The position numbers and the translations under genes were made by a program. Below, one piece after another: positions 47,650 through 49,810 of a stretch of DNA of 49,810 bases. The stretch lies in NCBI GenBank assembly GCA_035686605.1, contig DASRZI010000085.1, positions 1-49,810 of the forward strand, written 5' to 3'. Within the stretch, counting starts at the first letter, position 1; the number at the start of each line of letters is the position of its first letter. Source of the DNA: Candidatus Zixiibacteriota bacterium (lineage in GTDB: Bacteria; Chloroflexota; Anaerolineae; Promineifilales; Promineifilaceae). Below the pieces are notes generated by a model. The model worked only from the letters and a program-made list of their open reading frames with translations. It did not search any database and was not told where the DNA came from.

Positions 47650-48001
47650 CGAGGCTGGGATCCTTCTGCCCTTCCGAGAGAGGGGCTCTAAGAACTGGAA
47701 GAAGATGCTTGGGATGACTGTCTTGCGAACGGTACTGGAGCATTGAAAAAGGGCAGAATACGGCTATACCTACAGCCTATATCCTAGATCCACCCAAGCA
47801 AGCCATTATCGATAGGGCAGCCTGAAACGCGCTAGGCATGGCCGGCGTTGCACCATCTGTGGCGACTGTGCTATTTGAAAATAGGTGAGATTTTGTGTTT
47901 GTCAGGCAGGGTAGGGGGGCGTTCTGAAGGAAGAACCCAATATTGGCTCGAAACACGGTTCCGCTTGCAAATCACGCGGCATAGGATTTTGAAAACACTT
48001 C

Positions 48002-49357
48002 ATGTGGCATGACCCCAACGTTCTAATAAATTATACTTTGCAAGAGCAAGAGTTTTCTTTCAAGGGTACTGACATGCATTTAGTAGAAGGTGTTTATCCT
48101 CGCTGGGTGTTAGTAAATCGGCGACCACATGATGTAAGTGACTTTGCGAGCCTGCCTCCACGTCAGCGTCCGGAGGCCTATTGCCCTATATGTAGGCATT
48201 TAGTCATTCTCAAATTGGGCGATGTGCGTGTTCACCATTATGCACACTACCGTGACGAAAATTGTCCTGCCACGGAGCCGGAAACTGCCCTGCATCTAAA
48301 CGTTAAGTTCTATATAGCCAGACAGCTAGAGCGCCGATTACCCCTGGTGATTGAGCAGCCGTGTGCCGGAGAATATCAATGCGGCAGTGTGCGCCGAGTC
48401 CCTTGGCTGGATGGTTGGGAGGAAGTTCATGTCGAGTATTCTGTTGATCACTACCAGCCCGATATTGCGTTGTTGAGGGATGGCCAGGTCCTGGGAGCGA
48501 TCGAGGTGCTGGTAACGCATGCTGTCGAATCAGGGAAGGCTGATTATTTTGCCAGGTTAGGTGTTTCGTGGCTAGAAGTGAGAGCGACGGAATCGCTTTA
48601 CGCGGGCGAGAGCCGCTGGCTGGCAGAGCAGCCCCTAACTTATGTTCGGCTGTTTCCATGTGAGGACACATGGGTGTGTGAAAATTGTCAGGAGAAACGA
48701 TATCAAGATGAGCTGCGCCAGAAAGCAATTGAGATACAACGTCTCTATCAGAAACGCAACCGGACCTACATTCATGCAGCAAAAATGGTAGATTTCTACT
48801 ATCCCTTTGGAAAAAAGTACCGCGAGGTATTCTACACCAAGGTTCAGATACGCGATGGTAAGCGTGTCAAAGCATGGGTCGAGGTTGCATGGGGAAAGGT
48901 TATTGGACAAGTTCACGCAAAATCAACATTGTCAATAGAAGACTTTAGAGTACTAACGAGTGGGGCAAATGACTACATCGCTGGTCGAGCCGAGCGCTCT
49001 GGGGCTCTCACCGATACCGTTGCTAAATGGCGCCACTGGGTTAATGGGGAAAAGTTTCACCCAGCGGATATAGATCGCTACCCATTCCGGTACGAGTGGT
49101 TTGGTGAAGCCGGAGAATGGCACAATGCAGATTTATCCCTGCCCTTAAATCATTACAACAGTGCTATCCGCCAGAATACATTTGCGATAGTCAGAAGGGA
49201 CGAATTTAAGAACCATGTTATGGGACGTTTTCGGCCAACTATGACTGGCGATCTGATAGCACATTGCACCCAATGCGGGAAGGCATTCCTTTTTGATGGC
49301 GACGGCAAGTTGGTTCGGGAGGTTGATGAAGCTTGTCCTGCGAGTCGTGAAGTCTGA
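48002..49357 (+). CDS. Hypothetical protein with an N-terminal CoiA-like / PD-(D/E)xK nuclease-like domain and a Cys-containing C-terminal extension
   Basis: CPICRHLVILKLGDVRVHHYAHYRDENCP...ETALHLNVKFYIARQL...YQPDIALLRDGQVLGAIEVLVTH resembles the CoiA family layout (Zn-ribbon, H..K, D...E.(Q/L)). The C-terminus carries CENCQEK and CTQCGKAF. Confidence 0.8.
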   Translation: MWHDPNVLINYTLQEQEFSFKGTDMHLVEGVYPRWVLVNRRPHDVSDFASLPPRQRPEAYCPICRHLVILKLGDVRVHHYAHYRDENCPATEPETALHLNVKFYIARQLERRLPLVIEQPCAGEYQCGSVRRVPWLDGWEEVHVEYSVDHYQPDIALLRDGQVLGAIEVLVTHAVESGKADYFARLGVSWLEVRATESLYAGESRWLAEQPLTYVRLFPCEDTWVCENCQEKRYQDELRQKAIEIQRLYQKRNRTYIHAAKMVDFYYPFGKKYREVFYTKVQIRDGKRVKAWVEVAWGKVIGQVHAKSTLSIEDFRVLTSGANDYIAGRAERSGALTDTVAKWRHWVNGEKFHPADIDRYPFRYEWFGEAGEWHNADLSLPLNHYNSAIRQNTFAIVRRDEFKNHVMGRFRPTMTGDLIAHCTQCGKAFLFDGDGKLVREVDEACPASREV

Positions 49358-49360
49358 AAG

Positions 49361-49380
49361 GGCCGACCGAAATGTCGGCC
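49361..49380 (+). terminator. Hairpin 3 nt after the CoiA-like gene stop
   Basis: ggccgac-cgaaat-gtcggcc forms a 7-bp GC-rich stem. It is followed by tgccttcaaatc, a weak T-tract. Confidence 0.45.
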
Positions 49381-49520
49381 TGCCTTCAAATCAGTGGGTA
49401 GATCCTAAATAGTGGCCCCCGCAACTAAAAAACTGTCAGATAATTCATCCGCCCTTAATCGCTGAAATCTCTTCAATTTTGCAGCTTGAATCCTTGTTGT
49501 CAGTAGACCATTTTGTCCAA

Positions 49521-49548
49521 GTTATTACTTATGAGAATACATATTCTC
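49521..49548 (+). repeat. Direct repeat copy 2, 35 nt upstream of the integrase start
   Basis: ttattacttatgagaata at 49522-49539. Palindrome gagaatacatattctc at 49533-49548. Confidence 0.8.
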
Positions 49549-49582
49549 AAAACTAATAAAATATGAGAAACTGCCACCAGAA

Positions 49583-49810
49583 ATGGTGATGAAATCGACT
49601 CTGCGTACTGTTGTTACAACATCTTCCACCGAATTGGTTTTGGTCGACCATCCACCGATCGACCAAAATCCCGCCGCGGTTTATTTAGCCAGTTTGAGCC
49701 AAAGTGGGCGACGAACCCAGCAACATGCCTTGAACACTATCGCCAACATGTTAACCGGCGGCGGCGCGAACGCGTTTACCTGCAACTGGAGTGCTGTGCG
49801 CTATCAGCAT
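49583..49810 (+). CDS. Tyrosine recombinase/integrase, N-terminal (SAM-like) part; runs off the window end
   Basis: My translation is MVMKSTLRTVVTTSSTELVLVDHPPIDQNPAAVYLASLSQSGRRTQQHALNTIANMLTGGGANAFTCNWSAVRYQH. The NPAAVYLASL..SGRRT...AL..IA....W..(L/V)RYQH pattern is typical of the N-terminus of a phage-integrase subfamily. The catalytic domain is not visible. Confidence 0.6.
   Translation, partial: MVMKSTLRTVVTTSSTELVLVDHPPIDQNPAAVYLASLSQSGRRTQQHALNTIANMLTGGGANAFTCNWSAVRYQH

Noticed and set aside
1-49810. CRISPR arrays, rRNA genes, intact tRNA genes, transposase/IS elements
   Set aside because: I found no regularly spaced short repeats, no rRNA-like conserved blocks, no complete cloverleaf and no transposase-like ORF by eye. 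A covariance-model scan would still be needed to exclude small RNAs.

Overview
49.8-kb bacterial window. Spot counts of 60-nt lines give about 42-52% GC for the backbone. I saw no rRNA, intact tRNA or CRISPR array. (1) 1-7050 is a GC-richer patch (one counted line ~63%). It is bracketed by diverged direct copies of a non-coding module that ends in a tRNA-Val(CAC) 3' half, which looks like att scars. It carries a CPCC cysteine-rich small protein, a small ORF, and a ~1560-aa secreted beta-helix / DUF11 / 3x Ig-like-repeat surface protein with an exact 111-bp internal duplication. (2) 7.3-9.0 kb holds a ParA ATPase and a small ribbon-helix-helix partner with operator-like repeats, resembling a type Ib partition module. 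(3) 9.6-14.4 kb holds a DeoR regulator, a lipoylated E2 and a fused E1 alpha/beta TPP enzyme. (4) 14.6-41.1 kb holds 23 co-directional minus-strand genes. These are a BNR propeller, a FucI-like isomerase, a large CehA/McbA-like metallohydrolase, an unknown protein, MttB-corrinoid-MttB, a VOC protein, two Zn-ADHs, a COG4091 oxidoreductase, a class II aldolase-family protein, a TIM-barrel isomerase/epimerase, two FGGY kinases, a divergent GroEL-like protein without GroES, ABC permeases plus a Tat-lipoprotein binding protein, a SIS protein and a SorC regulator. This looks like an uncharacterised catabolic supercluster. (5) 41.7-46.0 kb is an aco-like E1 alpha / E1 beta / disrupted acoX-like / E2 operon. 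(6) The right end holds tatA, a tatB-like gene, a ~1-kb decayed ORF-free zone, a CoiA-like nuclease-domain protein flanked by 18-bp direct repeats, and the 5' end of a tyrosine integrase. All family assignments come from motif recognition by eye and need HMM or BLAST confirmation.
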